Assembly: GCA_002432945.1 (NCBI GenBank)
Contig: DJHE01000019.1
Span: forward strand, 101,928-165,927
Direction of reading: 5' to 3'
DNA: 64,000 bases
Source of the DNA: Synergistaceae bacterium UBA5827
GTDB lineage: Bacteria; Synergistota; Synergistia; Synergistales; 79-D21
Numbering within the stretch: the first letter of the stretch is position 1; each line of letters begins with the position of its first letter. Positions 50,919 to 58,929 of this stretch are shown here, one piece after another. The notes below the pieces were generated by a model. That model saw only the letters and a program-made list of their open reading frames with translations. It did not search any database and had not been told where the DNA came from. A program made the position numbers and the translations under genes.

Positions 50919-52130
50919 ATGCAGTGGGAAAGCTTCTTCAACCTCAAAGCCGGCAGAATCGGCCCGTCCATCATCGCGGAGATGGCAAGGATGGTGGGCC
51001 CGGACGGCATCTCTTTCACCAGCGGGGAACCCTCTGCAGACCTCATTCCCCTGGCCGGGCTCAAGGCAGCCTTCAAAAAAACCCTTAGTAACGCCTCGCT
51101 TTTTTCCTACCCCTCCACGCCGGGATACCCCCCGTTGAGGGAATGGATTTCCGAGTGGATGTCCAGCGAGAACCTGGCCCCAGGGTGGATGGATCCTTCC
51201 TGCGTGATCCTGACCAACGGATCCCAGGGAGCCGTGAATTTGGTGGCGGAAACCTTCATTGACCCGCGGGACCTTCTACTGACGGAAAGCCCGACCTACC
51301 CCGAAGCCCTGCTGGCTTTCCAGCGGGAAGGCGCGGTCATCCTGCCCGTCCCGGTCGACGAGGAGGGACCCATACCGGAAGCGCTGGAAGAGGTCCTGGC
51401 CCGGCGGAAGGCGAAGTTCTTCTACACGGTCGTCAACTTCCAGAACCCTTCGGGCTGCACGACGTCGGATCGCAGGAAGGCCGCAATCCTCGACCTGGCC
51501 AGGAAACATGCCTTCTTCATCCTGGAAGACGACCCCTACCGATACCTGCGCTACGAGGGGAAACCCACGCGAAGCTATTTCGAGATGGCCGGGGATGACC
51601 AACGGGTGATCTACCTCGGCAGTTTCTCCAAGATCCTCTCCCCTGGAGTCCGATGCGGCTGGTGCGCCTTCCCGCCAGGAGTGAGAAACAAGCTGCTTGA
51701 GATCCGGCTGAGCCTGGAACTATGCCCTACAGCTCTCACACAGGGCGCTGTTTTCGAGTTCCTCCGCGAGTGTGACCTTGAGGAACACCTGGATGGGCTC
51801 GTCCGTGTCTACAGAACCCGGCGGGATGCCCTCGTCCGGGCCCTTGAAGCTTCGGCTTCCGCTGCGGGGTTGAGACTGAGCGTTCCTAAAGGGGGCTTCT
51901 TCCTCTGGGGGACATGCAGCGGCATACCTGACATGTTCGCCTTTGCCAAGTATGCCGCTGTGGAAAAAAAGGTAGGGCTTATCCCTGGGCGGTTCTTCTA
52001 CCCGAACGTGGGAGACGGAGAGAACACGATCCGCTTTGCCTTCGCCAAGGTGACGCCGGAACAGTCGATGGAAGGGTCAAGACGGTTCAGGGAAGCCCTG
52101 GAAAGCTTCCCCGGAAGGTACAGCCTATGA
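50919..52130 (+). CDS. PLP-dependent aminotransferase (class I/II, LysN/2-aminoadipate transaminase-like)
   Basis: 403-aa ORF with the PLP-lysine motif SFSKILSPGVRCGW. RBS GAGGGAGG upstream. Confidence 0.8.
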   Translation: MQWESFFNLKAGRIGPSIIAEMARMVGPDGISFTSGEPSADLIPLAGLKAAFKKTLSNASLFSYPSTPGYPPLREWISEWMSSENLAPGWMDPSCVILTNGSQGAVNLVAETFIDPRDLLLTESPTYPEALLAFQREGAVILPVPVDEEGPIPEALEEVLARRKAKFFYTVVNFQNPSGCTTSDRRKAAILDLARKHAFFILEDDPYRYLRYEGKPTRSYFEMAGDDQRVIYLGSFSKILSPGVRCGWCAFPPGVRNKLLEIRLSLELCPTALTQGAVFEFLRECDLEEHLDGLVRVYRTRRDALVRALEASASAAGLRLSVPKGGFFLWGTCSGIPDMFAFAKYAAVEKKVGLIPGRFFYPNVGDGENTIRFAFAKVTPEQSMEGSRRFREALESFPGRYSL

Positions 52131-52607
52131 AATGAACTTGCAGTAAGTCACGAGGTCGTCACCGGCCTCGTAGAAATCGGGTATACGCCCGGTTTCACGA
52201 AAACCCGTCCGGAGGTAGAAATGACGCTGCCCTTCGTAATCCTGCCTGCCGGAGGTTTCCACGCGGAGGATTACCCGGCCTGCAAAGGACATTGCGATCT
52301 CTTCAAGATCTTCCAGGATGCGCCTGCCGAACCCCCTCCCCTGGTGTGGTTTCCCGACCACGATCCAGTAGAGGTCCCAAGCCCAGTCCGTCATGGGGGA
52401 TCGTCCAAAAACGGCAAAGGCAGCGATGATCCCCCGCTCCCGTCGTTCAACGAAGAGGTATCCCTTTGCAGGATCGGAAAAGGCATCCCTCAGGACTTCT
52501 TCCAGGATATCCAGCTCGCATCTGCGGAAGGCACCCGTACCTTCCGCCAGGCCGAGGTAGGTCTCCAGGCTATTTCCCGATGGTGAAAGGATGGAGTCAA
52601 CAGGCAT
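52125..52607 (-). CDS. GNAT family N-acetyltransferase
   Basis: ORF 52125..52871. Start refined to ATG 52607 (MPVDSILSP...), an 11-nt overlap with the upstream ATP-grasp gene. Acetyl-CoA motif QGRGFGRRIL. Confidence 0.8.
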   Translation of the reverse strand: MPVDSILSPSGNSLETYLGLAEGTGAFRRCELDILEEVLRDAFSDPAKGYLFVERRERGIIAAFAVFGRSPMTDWAWDLYWIVVGKPHQGRGFGRRILEDLEEIAMSFAGRVILRVETSGRQDYEGQRHFYLRTGFRETGRIPDFYEAGDDLVTYCKFIS

Positions 52608-53583
52608 AGGCAAGAATCCTTTCCACAACTTGGGGGTATGAATAGCCGCAGTTCCTCCCCTGGCGTGAAAATCCGCTGTCCTCGTTGATATCAGGGTTGG
52701 GATTGACGTCAAGGACGTAAGGAAAACCTTCCCTTTCACGCAAATCGACCCTGAAGTACCCTCTACACCCGAGTATCTCCCCTGCCCTGCGCGCCATATC
52801 CACCAACCTTTCCCTGAGGCATGGGGCAATCCCCTCCTCAAGAACCGGCAGGATTTCGCGAAATTCGGCACAGGAAGGATCCCACTTCGAATCGTAATGG
52901 AGGAATGGCACTTTGCCCGAATAACGGGAATAATCGATCATGGAAACACCAAGGACCTCGTAAGGGGGATTCCCCAGAAAGCCTACGTTGAACTCCCGGC
53001 CTGGAATGAACTCCTCCAGGATGATCCCTTTCGGGAACTCGTCCAGTTTTTGGCGGAGGACTTTTTCTAGGCTTCCCTCCTCGCTGACAAGACAATCCCT
53101 TTCGATGCCCACGCTTCCGTCTTCGAAGCAGGGCTTGATGAAAAGAGGGAAATCCAGCCCGGACCAGGGGTGTCCCTCCAGGTCCCTCAAAAAAATCCCG
53201 CGCGGAACCGGGATCGAGTTTCTTTCAAGAAGCCTCTTGGCACCTTCCTTATCGAGGCATTTCCCCAGGGTTGTTGAAGGGTTCCCAGTGAAAGGAACAC
53301 CCAGGTTCTCAAGCATCCGGGCAAAGGAAATTTCCATGCCGGCATCGCCGCTGAATCCCTCGAACAGGTTGAAAACCCGTGCGGGAAGCCGGGAAGAGAT
53401 GACCTCGCGAATCCGGTCAAGACGTGGGAAATCTTCCGCCCTCACGTAAAGTTTCTCTACCGGGACCCCTATGCCGGTAAAAACGGATTCCAGCGACTGG
53501 GTACACCGGAGCACGTCAAGAACATCCGCGCGCCCTGTCTGCTCCAGCCCTACCGTGATCAGGACACGTCCGGGGTCAGGCAT
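52597..53583 (-). CDS. ATP-grasp ligase, D-alanine--D-alanine ligase family (paralogue B)
   Basis: 328-aa ORF with a Ddl-like C-terminal ATP-grasp region (LFIKPCFEDGSVGI, ILEEFIPGREFNV, FRVDLRE...YVLDVNPNP). Confidence 0.75.
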   Translation of the reverse strand: MPDPGRVLITVGLEQTGRADVLDVLRCTQSLESVFTGIGVPVEKLYVRAEDFPRLDRIREVISSRLPARVFNLFEGFSGDAGMEISFARMLENLGVPFTGNPSTTLGKCLDKEGAKRLLERNSIPVPRGIFLRDLEGHPWSGLDFPLFIKPCFEDGSVGIERDCLVSEEGSLEKVLRQKLDEFPKGIILEEFIPGREFNVGFLGNPPYEVLGVSMIDYSRYSGKVPFLHYDSKWDPSCAEFREILPVLEEGIAPCLRERLVDMARRAGEILGCRGYFRVDLREREGFPYVLDVNPNPDINEDSGFSRQGRNCGYSYPQVVERILAYAC

Positions 53584-54616
53584 AACGGCAACCTGCAGGC
53601 AAGGCCAGCCTGCAGCGACTAAAGGCTTCTTCCAGGAGGGTACGGATAAGGGTCGTGTAATCCCCTCCGTTCAGTTCGAAGAGGATCGGGAGATCCCCAA
53701 ACTCGGGGTTGAGTCCCGGAAGCGGGTTAACGTCGATGACACGAGGCATTCCGTCACTGTCCAACCGGAGGTCGATCCTGGCCATGTCCCTGAGTTCAAG
53801 GGCCTCATAGGCCTTGATCGCTTCCGTCTCGATCTGCAAACGGACCGATGCGGGCAAGGATTCTCCGTTTTCGTATCGCATGCACTCGCGCCAGTGCCTT
53901 TTTCGTTCGATCGAGTAGAGGAAGTCCTCTTCCGGACCGGTCCCCGGCAGTACCCGCATGATCCCCAGTACCCTCACCTTGAGGGTGCCGGCAAGGCCTA
54001 CCGTCACTTCTTCGTTGGGCAAGAAATCTTCGACGATGGCGGGTTCATGGTACCTTTCGAGGATATAACGGACTTTCTCGAGGAGTTTCCTCTCGTCCGA
54101 CACTATCGAATCGGCAAAAACCCCTTTGGAGGAACCTTCCCAGCGGGGCTTGACGATGTAGCGCCTTCCCCCTGTGAAAATCCCTTTCAGGGAATCCAGT
54201 TTTTCGAGCCGGTCGATCATGTGCTGCCCGGGAACGGCAACACCAAGAGAACGGAGAAACTGCCCCGTCGTGTACTTGTCCAGGGTCATGCCGAGGGCAA
54301 GCGAATCGGAGCCCGAGTATGGGATACCCAGGCTTTCGAGAATGCAGGGAACCTGCGCTTCCCTGGAACGCGTCTTCCCGCGGCCTTCGGCGATGTTCAG
54401 CACAAAGTCGGGTTTTGTCCTTGAAAGGGATTCGAGGAAAGTGTCATCCTGGTTGAAGAGGAGGACCTCAAAACCATGGCGCTCGATTTCGGTTTGCAGG
54501 GCCTGGATCGTTTCGAGGGGATCGTACTCCTCCTCGTCTTCTCCGTGCCCGGTCTTGAGATTGAAAGTAATTCCGACTGTCCTGACCGGTAGCAGCGGGA
54601 CCTCTTCCTCTTCCAT
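53576..54616 (-). CDS. ATP-grasp ligase, D-alanine--D-alanine ligase family (paralogue A)
   Basis: ORF 53576..54631 (TTG). ATG 54616 is preceded by a G-rich RBS. ATP-grasp motifs YIVKPRWEGSSKGV, VEDFLPNEEVTV and ARIDLRLD...VIDVNPLPGL. Confidence 0.75.
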   Translation of the reverse strand: MEEEEVPLLPVRTVGITFNLKTGHGEDEEEYDPLETIQALQTEIERHGFEVLLFNQDDTFLESLSRTKPDFVLNIAEGRGKTRSREAQVPCILESLGIPYSGSDSLALGMTLDKYTTGQFLRSLGVAVPGQHMIDRLEKLDSLKGIFTGGRRYIVKPRWEGSSKGVFADSIVSDERKLLEKVRYILERYHEPAIVEDFLPNEEVTVGLAGTLKVRVLGIMRVLPGTGPEEDFLYSIERKRHWRECMRYENGESLPASVRLQIETEAIKAYEALELRDMARIDLRLDSDGMPRVIDVNPLPGLNPEFGDLPILFELNGGDYTTLIRTLLEEAFSRCRLALPAGCRYA

Positions 54617-54742
54617 CCTTTTTCCCCCCAATAATCGCTTGATCGATTTTGCGCTTATTCTGACATTCCAGCGGAGGAAATCAAGAGGCCTGCAACAATT
54701 GGTCTCTTCGGTTGAAACGAGACAGCCTCGCGCAGGGATGCT

Positions 54743-55252
54743 ATGATGTCACCCGGGGTGATAAGGCTGGCTTTCACGCTGATGCGCCATAACGCCCGGG
54801 CCAGGATCGGCCCCTTGCTCGCCGCCCTGGCAGTTATATTGGCCGCAAACGTTGCTGTTCGTGCGTGGCGAACCTTTGAACAGGCGGAGACAAAGCGGGG
54901 CTACGAACGCCTTTCGGCAGAAGCGGAAATTCTTGCTTCCCGGTTATCTTTCCTGGAGGAGACTCTTTCGGGGCTTGAGAGAGAATTGGAGGCAAAACGC
55001 CTCCTTATCGAAAAACTGGACGTTGAAATAAGGGAAACATCCGGCAAGGTCCGTCTTGAAGCCCTTGCCAGGAGAGAGTCCGTCGCGAAGCTTTATAATT
55101 TCCAGGCTGAAGACTACCAGGAAACCTACCGAAAATACGAAGGGGAAGTCGCCAATCTCAGGGACATGTACAAATCCCTGAACAAGTTAGCTGACGAACT
55201 GGACCTGCCGTTCCGGGAAATCACGATGAAAGCCAGGGAAAAAAACCCTTGA
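54743..55252 (+). CDS. hypothetical membrane-anchored coiled-coil protein
   Basis: 169-aa ORF with one N-terminal TM segment (IGPLLAALAVILAANVAV) followed by a heptad-rich E/L/K/R region. Confidence 0.5.
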   Translation: MMSPGVIRLAFTLMRHNARARIGPLLAALAVILAANVAVRAWRTFEQAETKRGYERLSAEAEILASRLSFLEETLSGLERELEAKRLLIEKLDVEIRETSGKVRLEALARRESVAKLYNFQAEDYQETYRKYEGEVANLRDMYKSLNKLADELDLPFREITMKAREKNP

Positions 55253-55281
55253 AGGCAACCCGACTTGAAGGGAGGCAAGGG

Positions 55282-55518
55282 ATGAAGCCCGAACTTAAGC
55301 AACTGGACCTTTTTTCCCAGGACATCCCGCAGGACCTCCCGGGCATAGCCGCGTCCCCAAAAGAGAAACCAGCACCTGTCCAGCGAAAAGAGGCTTCACC
55401 AGGCGGAACCGAGTTGAAATCTATCCAGTGCACACGCTGCGGTGAATGGCTTTGCGATGCCCTTCCAGGGGCAAAGGCCTACTGCCCCAGGTGCCGGGTC
55501 TGGTCAGGTTCCAATTGA
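55282..55518 (+). CDS. small zinc-ribbon protein with N-terminal QLDLF motif
   Basis: ORF 55249..55518. ATG 55282 has RBS GGGAGG 6 nt upstream. MKPELKQLDLFSQD..., a Pro/Lys-rich linker, then a CTRCGEW...CPRC zinc ribbon. Confidence 0.5.
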   Translation: MKPELKQLDLFSQDIPQDLPGIAASPKEKPAPVQRKEASPGGTELKSIQCTRCGEWLCDALPGAKAYCPRCRVWSGSN

Positions 55519-55563
55519 AAACCTCGCCCCTGTCCCGCGTACTTGGGTAGGACTTAATGGTGA

Positions 55564-55592
55564 TTGAACGCATTAAAGTTTTCTGGTATAAT
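55564..55592 (+). promoter_or_regulatory. sigma-70 promoter candidate for the yerC-like gene
   Basis: TTGAAC (55564-55569), 17 nt, then TATAAT (55587-55592). About 35 nt upstream of the RBS AAGGAG. Confidence 0.65.
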
Positions 55593-55629
55593 TACGCACC
55601 GAAACCTTGAAAGATTTTTAAAGGAGTTG

Positions 55630-55941
55630 ATGAGCGTGTCCGAAAAGTGGAAAGACCGCCTGACCGATCAGCTCTGCAAAGCCTTGCTCTCTCTCGATTC
55701 GGAGGAGGAGGCTTATCGTTTCCTCGAAGATGTGGCAACGATCGGGGAGATCATCGCTTTCGCACAGCGCCTTGAAGTGGCCCGCCTTCTCTATGAAGGG
55801 AACAACTACCCGCAGGTCGTCCAGAAAACCGGGGCCAGCACGGCGACCATCAGCCGTGCAAAAAATCTCATCGAACATGGTGCAGACGGTTTTACGCTCG
55901 TCCTGGAACGGATCGGGAAAAAGGAAGAAGGAAAGGCCTAG
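55630..55941 (+). CDS. YerC/YecD-family TrpR-like DNA-binding protein
   Basis: ORF 55564..55941. Start refined to ATG 55630 (RBS AAGGAG). LCKALLSLDSEEEAYRFLEDV...RLEVARLL...TGASTATISRAKN is the family HTH signature. Confidence 0.8.
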   Translation: MSVSEKWKDRLTDQLCKALLSLDSEEEAYRFLEDVATIGEIIAFAQRLEVARLLYEGNNYPQVVQKTGASTATISRAKNLIEHGADGFTLVLERIGKKEEGKA

Positions 55942-55957
55942 AGTACCCGTTTTTGCC

Positions 55958-55995
55958 AAGGCCGATGCGCTTGCTTGCGCATCGGCCTTTTTTTT
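55958..55995. terminator. bidirectional intrinsic terminator between the convergent yerC-like and rrf2 genes
   Basis: AAGGCCGATGCGC-TTGCTT-GCGCATCGGCCTT is a perfect 13-bp stem followed by T8 on the plus strand. On the minus strand only a short T run follows the stem. Confidence 0.8.
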
Positions 55996-56395
55996 AAGGA
56001 TTAAGGTCGCTCAATCGCTTGTTGCGCAAATAATCGACAAATTCCCGTTTCATCTTTCCCAGGAGTCCTTCGAAAAGGCATTTTTCAAAGGGACACTTCC
56101 CGCAATCGAGAAGACACGGCTCAATACTGGGCTCGCCTTCGATAAGCCGATAGACATCGTAAAGGGTGATATCCCCGGGGTCCTTCGCCAGGATGAACCC
56201 TCCCCCCGGGCCTCTCGACGAATAGACAAGCCCCCCCTTGGACAGGCGCTGGAAAACTTTGGCCATGTGAGCCTCCGAGACCCCAATCTCTTCAGCCATC
56301 TCCCGGACACTCAGGCGTCCTCCCCTGGAAACCAAAAGCCCCAATCCATGGAAAGCCAGGGAAACCGCTTCAGAAACCTGGACGACTTCAGACAT
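55994..56395 (-). CDS. Rrf2 family transcriptional regulator with putative Fe-S-ligating Cys cluster
   Basis: ORF 55994..56443. Likely start is ATG 56395 (MSEVVQVSEAV..., GGAGGGG 9 nt upstream). wHTH (LSVREMAEEIGVSEAHMAKVFQRLSKGGLV) and a CLLDCGKCPFEKC cluster. Confidence 0.8.
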   Translation of the reverse strand: MSEVVQVSEAVSLAFHGLGLLVSRGGRLSVREMAEEIGVSEAHMAKVFQRLSKGGLVYSSRGPGGGFILAKDPGDITLYDVYRLIEGEPSIEPCLLDCGKCPFEKCLFEGLLGKMKREFVDYLRNKRLSDLNP

Positions 56396-56713
56396 TTCTT
56401 CCATCCCCTCCGGGTTTCGGATATTTAGGTTATTTGATGCCATTATTCCTTAAATGTCAAGTCCGTTAAAATTTTCCGGGGAAATGGAACGTGCCTCTTT
56501 TAACTAACCTAACTTATTTAAGACAATACCCGATTGTTCATTGACGGAACCGTTATTCTAAAATCTTTTCTTATAAGTCTTTGTTATGGCTTATCGAATT
56601 CCCTTGACTCTCCCCCTCTTATTTGTTTTAAATTAGGCTGGGTGCAATTGCCGGATGAAGCCCTTCCTGCCGTTGCTCCGCGATTACAAACATTTTTGGG
56701 AGGGATGGGAGTT

Positions 56714-57973
56714 ATGCAGAATCGAAAGTTCCTGGCCATCGTTTCGCTGCTCGTTTTCGCCCTGGTCCTCTCCGCAAGCTGCGCGCTTGCTGCGGAGAAA
56801 GTCCTGAAGATCGGTGTGCTCTTCCCGCTAACCGGCCCCTGCGCCACTGCGGGACAGCGCTGCGTAGCCGCTGTCGAAACAGCGGCCGAGGTGATCAACA
56901 ACAAGCACCCCGAACTGGATGTCCCCCTCGCCAAGCAGGAAGGCATCCTCAAGGGAACAAAGATACAGCTGGTCGTCGCGGACACCCAGGGAAAGCCGGA
57001 CGTCGCGAAGTCCGAAGCCGAGAGGCTCGTTAACCAGGAAGGTGTTTACACCATCATCGGTTCCTACAACAGTTCCGCCTCCAAGCCCGCCTCCGCCGTG
57101 ACGGAGCGCTCGAAGAAAATTTTCATGTGCGGCTGCTCAAGCTCCGCTGCACTGACTGACCGGGGCTTCAACTATTTCTTCCGGCTTGCACCGACCGACA
57201 AGACTGAATCCCACGAATTCGTCGAATACATCGGATGGCTGAACAAGAACCAGAAAGCCGGCATCAAGACAATCGGTCTCATTTATGAAAACACCGAGTT
57301 CGGCAAGCACGCCGCCGACGAAGGCAAAGCCGCAGCAAAGGCTGCCGGCTTCGAAGTCGTGGTCGACGTTCCCTTCAACCCAGGTGCCACGAACCTGAAC
57401 AGCGAAGTCCAAACCCTCAAGGCAAAGAACCCGGACGCCGTTTTCGGGGCCTGCCTCGGCGGAGACTACACCCTCTGGGTCCGGACGATGAAGCAGATGA
57501 ACTGGCTGCCGAAGGTCGCCCTCAACTACTGCACGGGATACCAGGACCCGAAAATCGCCCAGCAGCTGGCCGCAGACGGGAATTTCTTCATGGGCGGCAC
57601 GGGCTACTCCCCGGAGATCGGCGCGAAATACATGAAGAAAGTCGCCGCCGTCGAGAAGATCTACACCAAGAAAGTCGGCGTCCCCTTTGACAGCGATTCC
57701 ATCCAGGAAGCCGTCGCCCTCTTTATCCTGGCCCAGGCCATCGAGAAAGCGGGTACCCTTGATGTCGAAAAGGTGGCCGACGTGCTTCGCACGACAACCT
57801 TCGACTCCCCGCTTTCCCTCGGCGGCAAGGTTGCTTTCGGCCCGGGCGGGCAGAACATGAAAGCGACCAGCATCATTACCCAGCTTCACGACGGGAAATA
57901 CATGCCGGTGTACCCGACAAGCTACGCGGAGATCAAGGCAACCGTTCCCATGACACCGTGGGATAAGCGCTAA
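56714..57973 (+). CDS. ABC transporter substrate-binding protein (branched-chain amino acid / LivJ-like, type I PBP)
   Basis: ORF 56534..57973. Start refined to ATG 56714 (RBS GGGAGGG 9 nt upstream). Signal peptide MQNRKFLAIVSLLVFALVLSASCALA, then KIGVLFPLTGP. Confidence 0.85.
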   Translation: MQNRKFLAIVSLLVFALVLSASCALAAEKVLKIGVLFPLTGPCATAGQRCVAAVETAAEVINNKHPELDVPLAKQEGILKGTKIQLVVADTQGKPDVAKSEAERLVNQEGVYTIIGSYNSSASKPASAVTERSKKIFMCGCSSSAALTDRGFNYFFRLAPTDKTESHEFVEYIGWLNKNQKAGIKTIGLIYENTEFGKHAADEGKAAAKAAGFEVVVDVPFNPGATNLNSEVQTLKAKNPDAVFGACLGGDYTLWVRTMKQMNWLPKVALNYCTGYQDPKIAQQLAADGNFFMGGTGYSPEIGAKYMKKVAAVEKIYTKKVGVPFDSDSIQEAVALFILAQAIEKAGTLDVEKVADVLRTTTFDSPLSLGGKVAFGPGGQNMKATSIITQLHDGKYMPVYPTSYAEIKATVPMTPWDKR

Positions 57974-58000
57974 TCCGCCTGGTCCGGAAAACATTTTCCC

Positions 58001-58032
58001 GGGGCGGGGGTATTCATGCCCCCGCCCCTTTT
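58001..58032 (+). terminator. intra-operon hairpin after the binding-protein gene (partial terminator or mRNA stabiliser)
   Basis: GGGGCGGGGG-(8-nt loop)-CCCCCGCCCC followed by TTTT. Located 28 nt after the livJ-like stop and upstream of the livH RBS. Confidence 0.6.
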
Positions 58033-58063
58033 AACTTGACCCGTTCCGTTAGGAGGATCTCGC

Positions 58064-58924
58064 ATGAGCACGTTTGTGCAGGTAATGCTGGATGGGCTCC
58101 TGGCCGGAATGCTCTACGCCCTCGTGGCTGCAGGACTGAGCCTGATCTGGGGGGTCATGGACGTCATCAATTTCGCCCACGGCGAATTTCTCATGGTGGC
58201 CATGTACCTGAGCTACTGGCTGGGATTCCTGGCCCACGTCGACCCGATCGTTTCCTGGGTCGCCTCGGGAGCCTTTGTTTTCATTCTCGGGGCACTAACC
58301 TATCGCTTCATCGTGTCACGCTGCATCGGCAAGGCGGCCATGGCTCCCCTACTGGCCACCTTCGGCCTGTCTATGTTCCTGAAGAATTTTTGCCTGAACC
58401 GTTTTTCCCCAAATTTCAGGATTTTACAGACCACTGTTCTCGAGGGTAAGAAAATTATCCTGGGCGACATCGTGATCGGCCTTCCCCAACTTGTTACCGG
58501 CCTGTTTTCACTTGCGATCCTTTTTGCCCTCTATTTCCTAATGAAAAAAACGCGACTCGGCTGGGCAATCCAGGCCACGGCCATGGATCGGGAGGCCGCC
58601 GAACTCATGGGCATCAACACGGACCGGATCTACCTCCTGGTCTTCGGACTCGGGGGGGCCTGTGTCGGGATCGCCGGAGGACTGCTGACTTCGTACCTCG
58701 CCGTCCATCCCGAAGTCGGCGCCCTGTTCGGCCTTATCGCCTTCCTTATCGTCGCAATGGGCGGTTTCGGAAGCATCCCCGGAGCATTGGCGGCAGCAAT
58801 CCTTATCGGCCTGGTCGAAGCCCTGGCTGGATTCTATATCGCTCCGGTCTTCAAGTATGTCGCCGTCTTCGCCATGTACCTGGCGGTCATCATGATCAGG
58901 CCCAAGGGCCTGTTCGGGTGGTGA
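58064..58924 (+). CDS. livH: branched-chain amino acid ABC transporter permease (LivH-like)
   Basis: 286-aa polytopic ORF starting MSTFVQVMLDGLLAGMLYALVAAGLSLIWGVMDVINFAHGE, typical of LivH. Confidence 0.9.
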   Translation: MSTFVQVMLDGLLAGMLYALVAAGLSLIWGVMDVINFAHGEFLMVAMYLSYWLGFLAHVDPIVSWVASGAFVFILGALTYRFIVSRCIGKAAMAPLLATFGLSMFLKNFCLNRFSPNFRILQTTVLEGKKIILGDIVIGLPQLVTGLFSLAILFALYFLMKKTRLGWAIQATAMDREAAELMGINTDRIYLLVFGLGGACVGIAGGLLTSYLAVHPEVGALFGLIAFLIVAMGGFGSIPGALAAAILIGLVEALAGFYIAPVFKYVAVFAMYLAVIMIRPKGLFGW

Positions 58925-58929
58925 GGATC

